NCBI GenBank assembly: GCA_963422395.1
Contig: OY729431.1
Location: forward strand, 672,001-736,000
Length of the DNA: 64,000 bases
Reading direction: 5' to 3'
Source of the DNA: Vicinamibacteria bacterium
Lineage (GTDB): Bacteria > Acidobacteriota > Vicinamibacteria > Marinacidobacterales > Marinacidobacteraceae
Numbering within the stretch: position 1 is the first letter of the stretch; each line of letters opens with the position of its first letter. The translations under genes were made by a program, and so were the position numbers. Shown piece after piece: positions 61,251 through 64,000 of the stretch. The notes below the pieces were generated by a model. The model was given only the letters and a program-made list of their open reading frames with translations, had not been told where the DNA came from and made no database searches.

Positions 61251-61279
61251 CCCAGGCGGGCGAACGCCGGCCGATCCCG

Positions 61280-62602
61280 ATGGAACTCCGAAGCCTCACC
61301 CTCGAGCGGTACAAGGGCTACGCCGAGCGTGTCACCCTCGACCTCGCGCCCCTGACCATCCTGGTGGGTCCGAACGACTCCGGCAAGAGCGCCCTGGCCC
61401 AGGCGATCCAGTTACTCGCCGGGGGGCTCGCGCCGGCGGATGACGAGGCGCGCGAGCCGCTTCCCCTCGCATCCGGCGGCATCCGGCACGGAAAGACCTT
61501 CGAGGATCTGGTGACCGGCCGCTCTGCGCACGGGTGGATCGGCGTGGGGAGTGTCTTTGCCCCCGCCGCCGGCCGCGAGATCTCTCTCGACGCCACGGTG
61601 CAGAACGTGGTCGCTCCGGGCCAGCCTGCCGAGCGTCAGATCTCGAAGTGGCGGTTGAGCAGCGCGGAAGGCGAAGTGGCGGTGGAACGGCTCTCGCTGG
61701 CCGAAGGTGCCGAATACGGAGTGTCTCTGTCCAGGATGCCGCTGTCGGGCGAGACCTCCGATATCCAGCCGATCGTCTGGCGCGGGCTGCTCCCTGCTGA
61801 ACCCAATGCGGTCGCGGCGTCGCTGGCCGAACCCGTGGAGTTGCTCTGGAAGTGGGCGCGCGGCGTCCGGCACCTGCGGTGCCCGCGCACTCTCGTTCCG
61901 TCACCATTTCGGACCGAACAGGCGCCCGCATACTTCGGCTTCCACGGAAGCGGCGGGGTCGGGTTCAACCAGGGGCCGTTCAACACAGTGCATCGGAGCG
62001 CACCCGCACTCGGCCCGTACGGACGGGATGCGCCGCTCGCCCTGGCTTCCGACGACCACCTCCTCGATTCCGTTCGCGGTTGGTACCGCAGCGCCTTCGG
62101 CGTGAGCCTCGACCTGCGCGTCCATGGGCCGCATCGGGACCTCGTGGTTCGACAGTCGAACGGCGCCGCCGACGTCCTTCTCGAACAGTCCGGGGCGGGT
62201 TTGTCCCAGGTGCTCCCCGTGGCGGTTGCCGTGCTGACCGCGCCGAACGCGGGTCCCGGCGTGGAGATCATCGAGCACCCGGAGGCGGAACTCCATCCAG
62301 CGGCGCACGCTCACGTCGCGGAGCTGCTGCTCGCGAACCTCCCCGGGCCGGCGCGGCCGGTGATCGTGGAGACGCACTCCGAGATGCTGCTGCTCCGGGC
62401 TAGACGCTGGATCGCGGAGAGGCGGCTCACCCCGGATCAGGTGCTCGTCTATTGGGTTTCGCGCGAACCGGACCGGGGTTCCACCCTGCAAAAGATCCGC
62501 ATCACCGAGCACGGGGATATGGACAGCTGGCCCCAGGATGTCTTCATCGAGGACTACGAGGAGATCCTGGCGATCCGCCGCGCGGCGCGGGCGAAAGCGT
62601 AG
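61280..62602 (+). CDS. ABC/SMC-type ATPase with DUF3696-like C-terminus (defence-associated)
   Basis: LERYKGY, Walker A GPNDSGKS, SGAGLSQVLP, IEHPEAELHP, ETHSE, WPQDVF. Confidence 0.85.
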   Translation: MELRSLTLERYKGYAERVTLDLAPLTILVGPNDSGKSALAQAIQLLAGGLAPADDEAREPLPLASGGIRHGKTFEDLVTGRSAHGWIGVGSVFAPAAGREISLDATVQNVVAPGQPAERQISKWRLSSAEGEVAVERLSLAEGAEYGVSLSRMPLSGETSDIQPIVWRGLLPAEPNAVAASLAEPVELLWKWARGVRHLRCPRTLVPSPFRTEQAPAYFGFHGSGGVGFNQGPFNTVHRSAPALGPYGRDAPLALASDDHLLDSVRGWYRSAFGVSLDLRVHGPHRDLVVRQSNGAADVLLEQSGAGLSQVLPVAVAVLTAPNAGPGVEIIEHPEAELHPAAHAHVAELLLANLPGPARPVIVETHSEMLLLRARRWIAERRLTPDQVLVYWVSREPDRGSTLQKIRITEHGDMDSWPQDVFIEDYEEILAIRRAARAKA

Positions 62603-62610
62603 AGCTGCGG

Positions 62611-63594
62611 ATGCGCATCACGATCACGGTGGAGGCCGCGAACGATGCTGCAGCGCACTCCTGGCTGGACCGGATCGTGCATCGGATCGAGGACGGCTGG
62701 CATGTCTGGGACCTGACCGACCTGGCCGAGCCGGCCTCCATGGAGGCCACCTCGTGGTTTCGGGATCCTGGCCGTCAGGGCCAGCGGCTGCGGGAGCTGC
62801 TGCGGGAGCTGCTGCGCACCTCCATACGGCGCGAGGCATGGTCTCCGTCTCTGGCGACGCACGGGAGGCGCTTGCGAGTGACGCCGCATCCGGCTGCAGA
62901 AGGGGAGTCGAAACCGGAGGACGCCTTCCGGCTCGCCGACAAGCCCCTGGTCCTCCTGGTGGAGAACCGGCAGAGCGACGGCTCGTTCCTCAGGCGAGTC
63001 GTCGGGGAGCTGGACCGGACCCTCGGTAAGCTGTGGAAGAAGGACGGCGAACCGATCCGGGTGGACAGTGTGGGCGGCAGCGGCCAGATGCAGCAGGAGG
63101 TGCAGCGCCGAGCCGAGAAATCGGCCCGACCTTGCCGGCTCGTGGTGGTCGTGGACAGCGACCGCGAGGGTCCGGAGGCCCCCCCGAGTTCTGTTGCGCG
63201 AAAACTCGGCGGAGTGTGTGAGGAACACGGCGTTCCGTGCTGGATCCTCGCCAAGCGGGAGGCGGAGAACTACCTGCCTCGAGCTCTTCTCGAGGCACGG
63301 CCCGACACCGGTCCTGCGGATGCCGAGCGGGTGGAGGCGTGGGACCGCCTCGATGAGGACCAGAAGGACTTCTTCGACATGAAGGACGGTTTGTCGAATC
63401 AGCCGTCAGCGACAGAGGAATCCGCGTTCCGCGGGATTTCGCCTGCCGACCGCCAGATCCTCAGCGAGGGGTTCGGGGAGCAGTTGCATACCTGCTGGTG
63501 CCTGGGTGGTACCGCCGAGGTTCGGAGAGAACTCATCGCCCGGAGCCGCGGCGATCTGGAACGCGGTTTGGAGATGATCCGAAGTCAGGTGTAG
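62611..63594 (+). CDS. TOPRIM-like (OLD/RloB/DUF4435-type) putative nuclease (327 aa)
   Basis: LLVENRQSD, GGSG, VVVDSDR (DxD), KREAENYLP. Begins 8 nt after the ATPase stop. Confidence 0.65.
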   Translation: MRITITVEAANDAAAHSWLDRIVHRIEDGWHVWDLTDLAEPASMEATSWFRDPGRQGQRLRELLRELLRTSIRREAWSPSLATHGRRLRVTPHPAAEGESKPEDAFRLADKPLVLLVENRQSDGSFLRRVVGELDRTLGKLWKKDGEPIRVDSVGGSGQMQQEVQRRAEKSARPCRLVVVVDSDREGPEAPPSSVARKLGGVCEEHGVPCWILAKREAENYLPRALLEARPDTGPADAERVEAWDRLDEDQKDFFDMKDGLSNQPSATEESAFRGISPADRQILSEGFGEQLHTCWCLGGTAEVRRELIARSRGDLERGLEMIRSQV

Positions 63595-63598
63595 CGAA

Positions 63599-64000
63599 GT
63601 GGCGTCCCCCTTCTCCCGGCGAACCGAGGTCGTCTCCGAAGTCGTGTTCCTCGGGAAACTCGTCGAGCGGATCGTCTCCGGGAAGATTCGGGTCCCGAGG
63701 TTCCAGCGCGCCTTCGTCTGGAGACAGCAAGACATTCACAGACTTCTCGGCAGCGTCTTTCGCGGGTTCCCGATCGGGTCCATCCTGGTCTGGGACACGG
63801 ACCTGAAGATCGCATCCAGCGACCGGATCGGGCCGGTCGATACGGCGCCTCGTCCCGACGGGACCGTGGGGTACCTGCTCGATGGCCAGCAGCGCGTCTC
63901 GACCCTGGTGGGGACGCTGCGCCTCGGTACCGGCCCAGCCATCGAGGATGAACTCGACTGGCGGGTTTACTGCGATCTCGAAACCGGCGAGTTCGTGCGA
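63599..64000 (+). CDS. DUF262 (GmrSD-like) protein, partial, runs off right edge
   Basis: Manual translation from GTG 63599: IRVPRFQRAFVW...SVFRGFPIGSILVW...YLLDGQQRVSTL. Confidence 0.88.
   Translation, partial: MASPFSRRTEVVSEVVFLGKLVERIVSGKIRVPRFQRAFVWRQQDIHRLLGSVFRGFPIGSILVWDTDLKIASSDRIGPVDTAPRPDGTVGYLLDGQQRVSTLVGTLRLGTGPAIEDELDWRVYCDLETGEFVR

Overview
A very GC-rich bacterial chromosomal window; the gene repertoire suggests Acidobacteriota, but that is inference only. It has four parts. (1) 1-3.9 kb: an RND efflux pair, then tRNA-Val(TAC) at 4050-4121. (2) 4.1-32 kb: an integrase-less anti-phage defence island abutting the tRNA, with 16 co-oriented minus-strand genes. An XRE-HTH/SNF2/DUF3883 helicase is separated from its usual partners (DUF1156 adenine methylase, DUF499 ATPase) by ~10 kb of nested cargo: Gabija-like OLD nuclease + UvrD, DUF262 + HEPN + KAP NTPase, and a Menshen-like DUF262 + ABC ATPase + effector. 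Downstream is a coupled five-gene module (GHKL ATPase, unknown protein, DUF6339-like protein, C5 methyltransferase, Vsr) with no recognisable restriction nuclease and an in-frame C32 homopolymer in its first gene. This module is the best candidate for an undescribed system. A vapBC pair and an orphan antitoxin close the island. (3) 32-61 kb: mostly housekeeping genes: three tandem CBM9/DUF5916-like outer-membrane proteins, a citE-like lyase, a serine hydrolase, a TolB-repeat amidohydrolase, HU, an orphan PilB/GspE ATPase, pyrK-pyrD-pyrF, a flippase, pal, an AIR-synthase-like protein, trkA-trkH, acs and pepA. (4) 61.3-64 kb: the start of a second defence locus (ABC ATPase, TOPRIM-like protein, DUF262). 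All family assignments come from motifs read by eye; no database searches were run.
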